Part shown: positions 11,734 to 25,067 of the stretch, piece by piece | Layout of the letters: every line of letters starts with the position of its first letter | Numbering within the stretch: the first letter of the stretch is position 1 | Assembly: GCF_963921235.1 (NCBI RefSeq) | Contig: NC_086097.1 | Location: 187,056,001 to 187,120,000, forward strand | DNA length: 64,000 bases | DNA from: Mobula hypostoma | Taxonomy: Eukaryota | Direction: 5' to 3' | The notes under the pieces: model-generated | Seen by the model: only the letters and a program-made list of their open reading frames with translations | What the model was told of the DNA's origin: nothing | Databases searched by the model: none | Program-made: the position numbers and the translations under genes

Positions 11734-14189
11734 GTAATCTTTTCAGATATGTAGACTCTTCTATTTAGAGAAAATTGGCAGCTATGCTAATATCTTTCAA
11801 AGTCTCTCTGTTTTATCTTCCTCAAATATCTACTAAAACTGTCCTCCTCTACTCTCGTATCTCTGTACAACCTGTTCCCACATTACAAACCAGTCTGTAG
11901 TCAACCACAAGTTTATCTTATCCAGATGTTAATTCTGATTTGTAGACAATACACAAAAATCACTTGACATGGTAAACCACACATCTACAGTATTGTAATG
12001 AAGGCCAATTAGTATTATTTATTGTCTTCTCCTGCCCAGTTACATTGGTACAGAATCAGGATGCCTCACACTCAAGGACTAGTTTTGATGGGCTTGAAGT
12101 ATCAATGGATGCCACATTGCCCATTGAATCCCATCATTGTTGCACAAGTATCAAAAAAAGTAATTGCTTGTCAATTGCCAAAGCAAATCTCTTAAGTAGC
12201 CTCTCACAGTGTTCTTAATAAGAATGGGACCTGATACCGTAAAACAGGTATTTTTTCTTCTAAAAGTAGTTTTGTTTGAATTTAATAATATTTATGGAAG
12301 CTCATTCATAGGTATCGGATTCCAAAATTTTAGGTATTCATCAACCTGAGAGTGCCCGCATTTGATGACATTTCTATGTGTCTCATGATCTAAAAAGCAT
12401 GATATAAATACAGATTCTTGTTCTTTTTCCAAAATTAATGCGGCCAAAACTCAACAAATGCTGCATTCCCAAATATCTCTGTCTAAATCTTATAATGATT
12501 AAAGATAAAATATTAACTTTATTCGTTACATCACATTGAAACATATAGTTAAATACCCCATTTGCCATCAACACAGTCTGGATATGTACTGGGGGCAGCC
12601 TGCAACTGTCATGTTTCTGGTGCCCACATAGCATTAGCATGCCTACAACTTACCAACCCTAACCTGTATATCTCTGGAAAGTGGGAGGAAATTTAACTTA
12701 AAAATATATATATACTTATTACTGTAATTTACAGTTTTTATGTATTACAATGTACTGCTGCTTCATAACAACAAATTTCATGCATATGCCAGTGATATTA
12801 AACCTGCTTCTGAATACCGTGAGGAAACTCATGCAGTCACAAGAACTTTCTGCTGAAATAGTGTTACGTTAACCACTATGCTACTGTGTTGCCCTTTGCT
12901 GAATTCTTACAAAAAAATTTGCCTTCTGTATTGCAGGGGAGAAGACAAAAGACTATTCATGGTGATGGTGGTAACTGAACAAAAAAACCACAGTCTTAAA
13001 TTCCTGTATTATTCACCACATTCAACATGCACCAAAATAAATTACAGCCTGATGCAATATCCCCTTTGGAAGACTTGCTTTACCTCAAACCTAGATTAAT
13101 TTGCTCTATAAGCAATTAGAAAATAATACAGCAGCATGTTTCTTTCAGCTCAGAGACTTTATAAATGTTGTAAAAGGAAGGAAATAATACAAAAAATACT
13201 AGTCAGTCATTTTCAGGTCAGGCAGACAGATAGCTTCACCATAGCATTTTTCAAATAGAAGGAAACAATCACAGTTGAGTTATCAGTTTAAATGCCAATA
13301 GAAATCAATCTCAAACACCACTTAAAATTTTATCGCTAGCTCACTGGAGTTCATGGTGGGATATACAGGGGCCTACTTGTTATCTTATTTTTTGTCAAAG
13401 GGTGGAATACGTCTTCAGCTGCCACCAGGGTGATACAAATAACAGAGCCAGGAGCTGCTGTGGTATGACTCCAACACATCAACCAACAGCATCTTAACCA
13501 CTGGAGCAGGAGTGTGAGCAAGACCTGATGAAGCCACAGACAAGAAACCACATGAAATAAGCCATCATAAAACGGGATGGTGAACAACACAGTAAAGGTG
13601 GCAGGACTAATCATAGCAGATGAAGACCAAATTATCAAAGTCCCTCTTTAGGGGCCGAAACATGTGGATGGTGGCGATCTGGATGGGGAGGCTTTGTTAG
13701 TGGGAATGATTGGTGATAGTTTTGCATTTTCTCAATAACAGTAGTAGCACAGTGTGGGTTCTTGCCAGAATTTTTCATTTTCAACTACCCCATCACCTAT
13801 CTCCCTCTCATACCTCACGTGTTAGGTTAATAGCAACATTTTGGATGTAACAAAATCACATGAGGCCATTTAGTTGCAGAGGTAAAGTAAAAGTTAGGTG
13901 TTATCCAAAAGAAACAAAAAAAATCCAAATATTTATACCTACGTTTTCACAAGCAAATCATCAAAAGGTACAGCACGAGGAGTAGGTTAATGACTGATCA
14001 CTTTATGTGCATTACCTACTCTCTGAATTCCCAGTAAGCGACATCATTCTGGAATGTAGAAAGGCCATTTCTTGTTTGCATTGCACATGGTATTCACCTG
14101 GCCTTATGGTATGTAAAAAATGTTATTGCTGCCCCAAATGCCCAGGCTATTTATAGCCATTAGCAAACTGCTTTGAATAGACTTTGAAC

Positions 14190-14355
14190 GGGGCAGCACC
14201 ACATACAGTACAGTGCATCAGCTCCAGTAACTTGGGTTCCACCCTGACCTCAGGTACTCCCTGTGTGCAAGTACGTACAATCTAAGTTTCTCTGCATGTA
14301 ATGGTTTCCTGCCAAATTTCAAAATGCTGGTTGATTGGTTAATTGGTTACTATTA
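14190..14355 (+). mobile_element. Degenerate tRNA-derived V-SINE/HE1-like SINE (similar copies at ~11010-11200, 30395-30590, 36285-36550 plus; 32700-32905, 33895-34015 minus)
   Basis: cagctccagtaacttgggttc...ggttaattggttactat pattern is shared among the copies. Confidence 0.55.
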
Positions 14356-14364
14356 GTTAGCACC

Positions 14365-15232
14365 AGCGAACAATGAAACCATGGGAAATATCCTTCAGAC
14401 AATTCACAAAACTGCTTCTTTCGCTTGTCTTGCTTCTTCTTCTTTCAAATGTGATTCTGATGTTTTTGGAGCCTGTGATCGATATACTGTTGGTATGTTT
14501 TGGACCGATTGGGCAATCTGGCACTTTACTGTCTCCGAGGGTGTTTGGTGAGGTTTCAAATGAATTGTGCGGCATCGAAGCTAAGAAGACTGAAGACGGG
14601 GTGCGAACCTGTGATTGACTCAATTTGTCATCTATCCTGCTGATTAAAGTGTCAAGGAAGCTTGAAATCAACTTGGTCGAGAGCGTCATCTGCCTGTAGG
14701 TGACCAGTCTCTCTCACCCTCTTGCTCGCTGCTGTTGGAGGAAGGTACTCGAGTACCAGTCTCTCTCGTGCTCTCACTCACTTCTCCCGGAGGCAGATGC
14801 CTGTGTTGACTGGTCTGTCTCTCCCTCTCACTCGATGTTGCCAGAGGATGGTGCCTGAAGGGGAAGGTTGAATCGATGCAGTTGTGGATTAGACTCTGGT
14901 TCACGTCGTGTGTTTCCGATTGCTGATTTGTGTGGCTTTGATCGGGGCAGACTGGCACTGGGTCTGCAGTTGACTGGCGGCACAGCACTGGATTGACTGT
15001 GCTAGGCTAAATATTCCTGGACTGTTTGACTTGTGGTTTGATGTTTTCTATTCTGTGTTTTTTCCTTATTTTTTGTGCAGTTTGTGCGATTTGCTCTTTG
15101 TGTGTTGGAGGTTTGATGCTTTTCTTTGAATGGGCTCCATGGGTTTCATCGCTTCATGGCTGTCTGCAGGAAGATGAATCTCAGGGTTGTATAGTGCAAA
15201 CATACTTTGATAATAAATATGCTTTGAAACTT
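14365..15232 (+). mobile_element. Non-autonomous LINE-related repeat with ctttga-type tail
   Basis: Ends catactttgataataaatatgctttgaaacttt. A reversed similar tail lies at about 28670-28720. Confidence 0.45.
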
Positions 15233-15469
15233 TAAATTATGCATAATATCGGTGAGTGGCAGACAAATATAACTGGAGTTGATAAGTATGTGAGAGATGA
15301 TGGGTTGCTGGGAAATAAATGGAGGGATGCAGAGATTGCACTGAGAACTAGCATACATGTAATGGGCCAAAGACTTCCTCCAACGTAATGAGATATGTAA
15401 ATCATGATTTGTATTAACAGACCTCCGATTTATTTTACCATCAATGACCTTTGATCTCAGAGGCAAGGT

Positions 15470-17155
15470 GCACATACAAGTCTACCGTTTTGGATACTGT
15501 TGTGGGAGATGACCTCCCAGGAGAATGCCACAGGGACTGGGTTACTGGCACTGAGCATGGGTTCATGGTGCAGAAGGGAAAGAGGGAGAAGAGGGAAGCG
15601 GTAGTAATAGGGGTCTCAATAGTCAGGGGAACAGACAGGAGATTCCGTGGACATGCCCAGAATGGTATGTTGCCTCCCAGGTGCCAGGGTCAGGGACGTC
15701 TCAGATCGCGTCCACAACATTTTGGAGAGAGAAGGAGAGCAGCCAGATGTCTTGGTACATATTGTTGCCAATGACATAGGAAGGAAAAGCAAAGAGGTCC
15801 TGAAGAGAGAATTGGAGAAAGCAGACAGAAAGCAGAGAAGCAGGTCCTCCAGGATAGTAATTTATGGATTGCTGCCTGTGCCACACACCAGTGAGGGTAG
15901 AAACAGGGTGATTTGGCAAATTAATGCGTGGCTGAGAAGCTGGTGCAGGGGGCAGGGCTTCAGGATCTTGGATCATTGGGATCTCTTCTGGGAGAAGTAT
16001 GACCTGCTCAAACATGACAGGTTGCACCTGAACCCAAAGGATAAGGAGATGGCAGGTGAACTAAATGAGTACTTTGCACCAGTCTTCACTGTGGAAGATT
16101 CTAGCAGTGTGCCAGATGTTGAAGGGTGTGAAGGAAGAGAAGTGAATGCAGTTACTACTATAAGGGAGAAGGTGCTCAAACAGCTGAAAGACCCAAGTAT
16201 ACACAAGTCAACTGGAATAGATGGCTTTGTCACCAAGTTTGCAGATGATATGAAGATTGGTGGAAGGTCTGGTGGTGTTGAGGAAACAGGTAGACTGCAG
16301 CAGGACTTAGTCAGATTAGGAGAATGGACAAGAAAGTAGCAAATGAATTACAATACTGGAAAATGCATGGTCATGCACTTTGGAAGTAGAAATAAATGTG
16401 CAGACTATTTTCTAAATGGGGAGAAAATTCAAACATCTGAGATGCAAAGGGACTTGAGAGTCTTTCTGGAGAATACCCTACAGGTTAACTTGCAGGTAGA
16501 TTTGGTGTTGAGGAAGGCAAATGCGATGTTAGCATTCATTTCAAGAGGTCTAGAATATAAGAGCAGGGATGTGATGCTGAGACCTTATAAGGTACTGGTG
16601 AGGCCTCACTTTGCATATTCTCAAGAGTTTTGGGTTCTTCATCTAAGAAAAGATGTGCTGGCATTGGAGGGGGTTCAGAGGATGATTCTGGGAATGAAAT
16701 GTTTATCATATGAGGAATGTTTGATAACTCTGGGTCTGTACTCACTGGAATTTAGAAGGATGAGAGGGAATTTCATAAACCTTTTGAATGTTGAAAGGCC
16801 TAGACAGAGTAGATGTGGAAAGGATGTTTCCTATGGTGGGGGAGTCTAGGACAGGAGGGCACAGCCTCAGAATAGAAGGAAATTCATTTAAAACAGAGAT
16901 GCAGAGAAATTTCTTTAGCCAGAGGGTGGTAAATTTGTGGAATTCATTACCACAGACAGCTGTGGAGGCCAGGTCATTGGGTATATTTAAGGCAGAGCTT
17001 GATAGGCTTTTGATTGGACATGGCATCAAAGGCTATAGGGAAAAAACTTGGGATTGGGGCTGAGGAGTGGGAAAAAAGGATCAGCCATGATTGAATGGTG
17101 GAGCAGAGTGAATGGGCCAAATAGCCTAATTCTGCTCCTATGTCTTATGGTCTTA
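15470..17155 (+). mobile_element. Internally deleted CR1: ORF1 SGNH esterase domain fused to ORF2 pieces and 3' UTR
   Basis: AVVIGVSIVRG, CCLPGARVRDV, VHIVANDIG and DRLHLN (CR1 ORF1 esterase blocks), then EMAGELNEYFA, then KFADDMKIGG. 16343-17063 is the RT C-terminus. Confidence 0.85.
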
Positions 17156-17339
17156 TCTCCCAAATATGCAAGTATTTTGGCTAAATTAAGCTTCGTCTGA
17201 CGATTCCATCTCACATGTTGATTAGCATGTAATTACACTTTGTTCTCCTAAATTTCATTTTGCTTGGAACAACCGATAGGCTTCTATTCATACAACCTCA
17301 TCATCAATGTGAAAAGTCTCAATGCTCTTCACAAAAAAA

Positions 17340-17640
17340 CATAATTTTGCAGTCATGGTTGTTCAGTAGGGAACGGCAGCAGCCACTTGGCAGATGATGT
17401 GAAACAAACAACAGTAATGAGACAAATCTTCTTTTAATAGTTGAGGGGGAATGTTGACCAAGAGACTGTAAGTACACCTTTGTGTTTCAGCATATTGGAT
17501 CCTTAGCATCTAATGGGGCCTCCAATTAAACACCTCAGCAATAAGTTGTTACAATTTCAGACTAGAAGGCATTCAGAAATTACTAAATTGAAGTGTCAAT
17601 ACAGGTATTGATTTTTAGTCTTTACATTAATTTTAAGTCT
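17340..17640 (-). mobile_element. Highly decayed Deu-domain SINE (AmnSINE1/SacSINE1-like)
   Basis: Ordered blocks gcagccacttgg..aacagtaatga..gttgaggggga atgttgacca..ggatccttagcatc..ggggcctc..aaacacctca..gaagtgtca resemble the reverse complement of the DeuSINE body as I recall it. Confidence 0.5.
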
Positions 17641-19336
17641 ACTCAATGAGCTTACTGTTTTTGTAGACCACATAAATAAGGAAGTCATGGAGCCTAATGA
17701 GGAAGGTACAGAGATGATGAAAAATGTGGTAGTAATGATTCCTTTAACCAGCATAAATTTAATCAGCATTGAAAAACTGCCTACATGCCTGACTGGCATG
17801 ATCTTCAAATTTAAAATATGGTAATAAATCAGCAAAATGAAATCTTGCAAAAACATATTTTAAGTGAATCCCACCCTTCCTGAAGGAAAATGAAGGTTAT
17901 TTTGACAACCAAATTTCTCCTCATCCCCAAAGAAACACATTAATCTATATTAGTGCAGACAAATCATAGACAAGCTAATGCAAAATGCTTAAAATACCAT
18001 CTGTGAGGCAATTATAACAATACATTTGTGTTTTAAAATACGGAATTGTTTTGAACAGATCCAGTGGCAATATCCTTGATTTCTTGTAACTATCAAAGTT
18101 GAATGCTTATGTCACCAGGTTAGCAGAATGTACATTTGACAAATATCACAGTGAACACTTCAATGCAACACTGATATATTGCTGCATTATTTTTAACTGT
18201 TCTCTTTGAAATAAGATATATAAAATCAACAACAGGTAGCATAAACAAAGACAAAACAAAATTATTAACATGGAGTTGTTTAGAGCTTTGGCGATATTTC
18301 ACTCTTAACTAGCAAAGCCACTTTCAAAGTGAAAACCTAAAACTACGATTGCCAACAAAATGATTATTAAACCTTTGCTTTGCGTTCTATAAAATGTCAC
18401 AGTACAATGAACATTCACAGTCTAGTCCCAGGATGCTTCTTAATAGCCTTATTTTTTATAACAGAGCAGAAGCACCTGGCTGGGAATTAATGTGTTTAGC
18501 AGGAAGAAACAAAGGATTAAGGTATTTATCATTAAATAGTTTAGATTAGATTAGATTATGAGGACACGCAGTCCTACACATAATCCTACTTTAATCATAC
18601 TTAAAATCCTACTCAGAATCTTTGATTTTACTCTGAATCTAATCAGGAGAAATAACATTGCTTGCACATACAGATGACTGATTAAAAAAACAACATAAAT
18701 ATTAAAAAGCAGTAAGGAGTTACAAAGAAGAAGAAAAATCCACTCCTCTGCCTTTGTCCAAGGATCTATTCCTACAGCCTTTTTTCTGTGATGGGTGACT
18801 TGTTCAGCATGTACTTCCCAGATTGTAAGAATTCTACCTCTTTTGGAAATCCCTCTATAGAACTAAAATGTTAGAATTTACCTCTCAGAATAAACATGCT
18901 CTATTTGAGATAAGCTGTGTCCTTAGCTGAGGCATCTACTCCTTGGTTGGAGGGGAGGGTGTACCCACTGCTCACAATAGTAATTATTGACAGCTGCACC
19001 CTCTCACCAAAGACAACTAAGTCATGAAGTAAATCACATTTTCAAACATGAGAATCCCAAAAACTCTTTCTAAACTGAGGGAAGTAGTAGACTCTTAGAA
19101 CAGACAAGGCTTAAGGTCTTGATGTTAGAAAAGGCAAACTCAAATCATCACAAGATAATACAAACAGAAAATGGTAGAAATATCCAACAGGTCAGGATGC
19201 ATCTGTAGACAGAGAAAGGGAAAATTTTCCTAAACTTCTGCACTGTTATTGACAACCACCCACTAAGAAGCAGCATGCAGCTCGTTACGAAGCTGCTCAC
19301 ACAGCAGCAGATTCTTAACTGAAAATCGACATACTT

Positions 19337-20256
19337 TGTGGGGGTAGAAGGGTGGGTTGGCAAGTTTGCAGACGACACAAAGGTTGGTGGTGTTGTAGAT
19401 AGTGTAGAGGATTGTCAAAGATTGCAGAGAGACATTGATAGGATGCAGAAGTGGGCTGAGACGTGGCAGATGGAGTTCAACCCGGAGAAGTGTGAGGTGG
19501 TACACCTTGGAAGGACAAACTCCAAGGCAGAGTACAAAGTAAATGGCAGGAATCTTGGTAGTGTGGAGGAGTAGAGGGATCTGGGGGCACATGTCCACAG
19601 ATCCCTGAAAGTTGCCTCACAGGTAGATAGGGTAGTTAAGAAAGCTTATGGGGCGTTAGCTTTCATAAGTCAAGGGATAGAGTTTAAGAGTCGCAAGGTA
19701 ATGATGCAGCTCTATAAAACTCTGGTTAGGCCACACCTGGAGTACTGTGTCTAGTTCTGGTCGCCTCACTATAGGAAGGAAGTGGAAGCATTGGAAAAGG
19801 TAGGGAGGAGATTTACCAGGATGTTGCCTGGTTTAGAGAGAATGCATTATGATCAGAGATTAAGGGAGCTAAGGCTTTACTCTTTGGAGAGAAGGAGGAT
19901 GAGAGGAGACATGATAGAGATATACACGATATTAAGAGGAATAGATAGAGTGGACAGCCAGCGCCTCTTCCTCAGGGCACCACTGCTGAATACAAGAGGA
20001 CATGGCTTTAAGGTAAGGGGTGGGAAATTCAAGGGGGATATTAGAGGAAGGTTTTTTACTCAGAGAGTGTTTGGTGCGTAGAATGCACTGCCTGAGTCAG
20101 TGGTGGAGGCAGATACACTAGTGAAGTTTAAGAGACTACCAGACAGGTATATGGAGGAATTTAAGGTGGGGGGTTATATAGGAGGCAGGGTTTAAGGGTC
20201 GGCACAACATTGTGGGCCGAAGGGCCTGTACTATGCTGTACTATTCTATGTTCTAT
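19337..20256 (+). mobile_element. 5'-truncated CR1, low divergence
   Basis: KFADDTKVGGVVDS...WQMEFNPEKCEV, MRGDMIEIY, and a 3' tail ctattctatgttctat. Confidence 0.9.
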
Positions 20257-20859
20257 ATGTACTTAATTTCAGGAGTAAGGAATGGGAAAGGAAGTAATAT
20301 AATGGCAAGAAATTTTATGTCGGAAACATTTTTGATTGTGCGTGGGCTACCTACCCGCTTGTAACAATGTCTGATCACACAAAACTGAAAACTGAGAGAC
20401 AATCATCATACACTGGTTTAATAAAATCTGAAGGCTTTCATTTACAACCATAATTTTGCATACCCACTGGACTTCATTATGAGGTTATTGACACAGGACT
20501 GTGGTATATTGTGAAGATGTAGAAAGACATCTTTCCGAGTAATATTGTAAGATCAGTCACAATGTTGTACAATATACATTCACTTTCTGGCAATACTAAT
20601 CCTATACTGGTGACAGCTGAAATAAAATCCAGGTGCTTGAGACTTCCATGTAATTTCCAAATGAAATGTTGGGAAATACATTGAAAGAATATAATGTAAA
20701 TACTGATGTAACTATCATACACTTAAAGGCTGGGTTAAGTACTGCAAATAAGTTTACTTTGTCTCCCATTACTGAAGTTATATGTCTACTGAAGTCACCA
20801 AGTCAGCAAACGTACAGATTCCTCTCATCTATCATTTATTCATTGAGATAAAAGACAGT

Positions 20860-21312
20860 AGGTCCTTCCAGCTCTTCGAGATGCACAAATTAGTAAACCC
20901 CAATTTAACCCTAGCCTAATCACAGGACAATTTACAATGACCAATTAGCCTATCAACCAGTACATCTTTTGACTTGGGAGGAAACCAAAACACATGGTAA
21001 AACACAGGGAGAACATATACAAACACGAGGAATTCTGCAGATGCTGGAAATTCAAGCAACACATATCAAAGTTGCTGGTGAACGCAGCAGGTCAGGTAGC
21101 ATCTATAGGAAGAGGTACAGTCGATGTTTCAGGGTCTCGGTCTGAAACGTCGACTGTACCTCTTCCTAGAGATGCTACCTGACCTGTTGTGTTCACCAGC
21201 AACTTTGATGTGTGTTGGGAGAACATACAAACTCTTTACAGACAGTGGCAGGAATTGAATCCATGCCAATAGTACTGTAAAGTCCAATGCTAACCACTAA
21301 GTTACCGTGCCA
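20860..21312 (-). mobile_element. tRNA-derived SINE interrupted by a PLE fold-back at ~21025-21216
   Basis: gggaggaaacc...gggagaacata|...|gggagaacatacaaactctttacagacagtggcaggaattgaatcc (reverse B-box). Confidence 0.7.
21025..21216. mobile_element. PLE-derived fold-back mini-insertion
   Basis: Arms mirror around tttcagggtctcggtctgaaa. Flanking duplication gggagaacata at 21007-21017 and 21217-21227. Confidence 0.85.
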
Positions 21313-23059
21313 CCCTAATAATTACTGACTTCAAAAGTCAGCTTTTTAATCCACCTGTATTCATTAGTCCATGTTATCCTCTGAACTTCATCCACCCTCC
21401 CTATGGTGTGTAATTCTGTCTCCATTTTACAACTCTGCTTTTGCTGTCACAGACAGTTACTTCAGTTCCATTCTGATGCTTAGTTCCAGCTCATCATTTG
21501 CCTTATCCATCAAAATAACAATATACTTTCCTTCACTTTGAATACCTAGGACATCACAGAGTATTTCAATACTTCCTATATCCTACCCTCCCACCCCTTT
21601 TGCCTAATCTGGCACTATACATCCACAGCAAGAATCCCAGCTTCACTGAAAAGCAAAACTAAAATACTGTTTCTGGAACCCTGAAGTAATATGAGAAAAT
21701 GCTGGAATTACCCTGAAGGTTAAGCAATAACTTCAGAGAGAAAAAGAGCAAAAAAGAGAGAAAAAAATTTTTTGTTTTTACAAATTAATGGCCTGCTGAG
21801 AACTCCCAGCATTTTTCCATTAATTTAAAACATGTCTGATGTCCAAAACATTTGTTTGATATTAGAAATAAAAACAGAAAATGCCTGAAATTCTCAGGAG
21901 GTCAGGCAGCATCCCTGAAGGTAGAAAACAGAGCTAAAGTATCAAATTAATGATTGTTTAAAAAATAAGAATTGGCCTTTTCATCTTTAGTTGACAACAT
22001 TTCGGGCTAGAATTTTGAGCAGCCAACTCTGAGCACTAAACCATGGCAGAGTGTTAGATACGTGGGTTATGACCAAAGGGGAAATGGCTGGGGTCACTTG
22101 CACTTTAGAGCAAGGGTCTTTATTAGGTGCTGAAGAATCAAACTTTCAAAAATTAGTGAAGATAGTGAAAATTACCAATATTTACAAAAAGATGTTTACA
22201 AGAAAATACAATAATAGCTCCATACTTTGTCCAGTGTGAATTCCTGCAGCCCTGATCTTACCCTCCTACAGACAGCAAAGAGCTCCATTTATTAGAAATC
22301 AGGACATACCATCTTTAATTACCCACAAAGTTAACTACATATGAATTAGAATATGATACACTCCATAATGTAGTTACAATCATTTTACAAAATAAATGGA
22401 AGTATCTACCTTACAGTAATACAGTATACAGTACCTGTACACATATATACACATTTGCACATTCCCATTACTAAAGAAGTAGAATATTCCACTGTGTATG
22501 GAAGGAAAGGCACCAGAAATCCAACCCCAGCACATCAGTTCCATTTCGGACCCATTATGAGAATACACTGGGGAAGACATTGAAGTACATTCACTCAGCA
22601 CAATGACAACAGAATGACAAGACAATGTGTGTGTGTGTGTGCGTGCGCTCGTCAGTAAAGTGTTTACCGAGTGCTTACCACCACACTGAACATAAACGCT
22701 GGGCAAAAATAGGGTACATAATTTACAATGACAAACAAGATACTGCTTGGCTGAATCAAAAGGGATCAGAAAAATGGTTGCAAGCCAGTTGACAGATTTC
22801 TATGGAGCAACTTAGTCCCACAACTTCCTCCCAGTGCCACAAAGCCAAACCATTTTGTGAAGTAACTATCAGCGAAACATCCTAAAACGTCAAAGCTGCA
22901 TGTGCAGAGAACTTACTGGAACACACTGGAAGGTGTATTCAGATCTCCATTCAGCATTTTTTAAGCTATTTAATTAGATATTTTCCTTTCTAGGGGAGCT
23001 GTTGAGTGCATGAGTGGAGCTTGTTTACAATTCATTCATTAACATCCTATATTTGATGA

Positions 23060-24600
23060 TTCTGTGGGTAATGAAGAAGGCAATCTGCATACTGGCCTTC
23101 ATCAGCTAGGGCACTATCTACATGTAGCCCCCCCCGGCCACCCTCAGGCTCGCTCGGCTCACTGTCGTCTAGGGAAACAGCCTCGGCCCCGCCAAACTGG
23201 ATAATTCGTTTGTGTGGATGCTGTGTGATGTACCCCACCCCGCCCAAATAACAGACAATACACCAGATGCAATTAAATGATTTACAGTTTATAGATATTA
23301 TTGGAACTATATAATTAAAAGAGAATAAAATATAAAAGGAAAATAAAAGGCGCCACACTTATCAAAGTTCCATCTCTTCGTGCACAAAAACCGTTGGAGC
23401 TCAAGGACCTTCTTCTTCACCCTGCGACCCCTCGGACCACCACGACCGGCCGCCTGGGACCAACAACGGTGGTCAACCAGACGCTCCACACGAGTCCGTC
23501 TCCATCTCCTTGCCGAACGTCCCGCTCGGGGTCCGACCCCGTTAGCGGACTCACAGCACCTGGTCCATCCTCTGTCTTGCTCTCCCGCCTTCTGCCCCCA
23601 AAACCCTCTCGCAAACAGTATCTTCAAATACACCAACACCATAACAACTATCCCAATTGGTTAATAGCACTCTCTTATCACACTCTAAAGCAAAAAACAA
23701 ACTGTTAGCGCAAACTTTCTCAGCGTTTAACACAACAAAGCCGCATTCCCCAGATTAACATAACAAAGACGCCATTTTAATTAACCTCCGCAGTAACATA
23801 AAAATCGAAACCCCCTTACATACAGGAATTGGGATACTATGTTGCAGTTGCTTAAGTCATTGGTGAGGTCATAATAGGATTATTGTCTACAGTTTTAGTC
23901 ACCCTGTTGTAGGAATGATGTGGTTTAATTAGAAGGTGTGGAGCAGGATGAAAGGATAATTAGATAGAGTAGATAGCCAGAGTTTTTCTCAGGGAGGAAA
24001 CGACTCATTAAGGGACACAATTTAAGGTGATCGGAGGAAAGTATATAGGGGACATCAGAGAAAGAGGATGGTGTGTGGAATGCCCTACTATGGGCATTTC
24101 AAAAATATTTTTCTAGCATCCACGTCTTACATAGGCATGTGTATGGTATAAATTTAGAGGGCTATGCACGAAGAAAGGGTTAAACTGATGTTAAGAATAG
24201 ATTAAGAGGTCAGCACAACATCATGGGCTGAAGGATCTATACTGTCCTGTCATGTTCTATATTCTATGACGTTGCCAAGACCAGAGGGCCAGCATTGTAA
24301 AGAGAAGTTGGCCAGACTAAATCTTTATTCCTTGGAATGCAGGAGAATGAGGTACAACCTTATACAAGAGTCTGAAATGATGAGAGGCACAGAGAAGGTG
24401 GATAATGACAGTCGTTTCCTGAGAGTAGGGAAGTCCAAAACTAAAGGGGTATACATTTAGAGTGAGAGGAGAAGGATTTAAAAAGGCCTTGAGGGGCAAC
24501 TTTTCATGCGGAGGGTGGTGAGTACATGGAATGAGCTGACAGAGGAAGTGGTTGAGGCAGGGACAATAGTATCATTTATGCAGCATTGGGTAGGTGCGTG
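23060..24600 (+). mobile_element. Old CR1 3' fragments hosting a solo LTR
   Basis: ggccttcatcagctagggc..[LTR]..ggaattgggatactatgttgcag is the CR1 AFIS.GI.Y.SW.VML region. ORF 24266-24460 contains LYSLECRRMR. Confidence 0.7.
23123..23820 (-). mobile_element. Solo LTR (698 bp; Gypsy- or ERV-type)
   Basis: TG...CA termini (tgtagccc...cccttaca), 4-bp TSD taca at 23119-23122 and 23821-23824, CpG-rich. Orientation is tentative. Confidence 0.85.
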
Positions 24601-25067
24601 GATGGGAGCTGCACCCTATTCGTGCGGCATTGCTCTGTCATTCACTAGACGCTTCAACATTTAGGGTTCTGAAGTTCATAACAAGAGGGCAGTTAACGAG
24701 GCGACCAACAGGGTGGACATATCTAGTTGACCTCATCAATCCACCTGTGGCAGGAGCTTCTGTCCATCAACGAAATGGTAGAAGTGCCCACAGCACAGTC
24801 CTTGAGGAACAGAATACCACCTCACACTCCATTATGTTCTGTGACATTACAAACATGCTAAATGGAATGGACTCAATAGATTTGGCTGCTCAAAGTTGAA
24901 TATTCCTGAAGTACTGTAACCCATCAATAGCAGAAACGTACACCACTATAATTTGATACTTTATGATTTGTATATCCTCCATGCAACCATTGCTTTCAAG
25001 ACAGGGGATCAATTCTGATTCAAAGAGGAGTCCAGTCAGGCATGTCAGGATCATCACCAAGCATTAT

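Noticed and set aside
20455..20625. Minus-strand AG...GT bounded segment as a RIPK2 exon
   Set aside because: All three frames hit stops or show no kinase/CARD similarity.
23307..23733. Cluster of overlapping ORFs on both strands
   Set aside because: These are GC-rich by-products of the solo LTR with no protein motifs.
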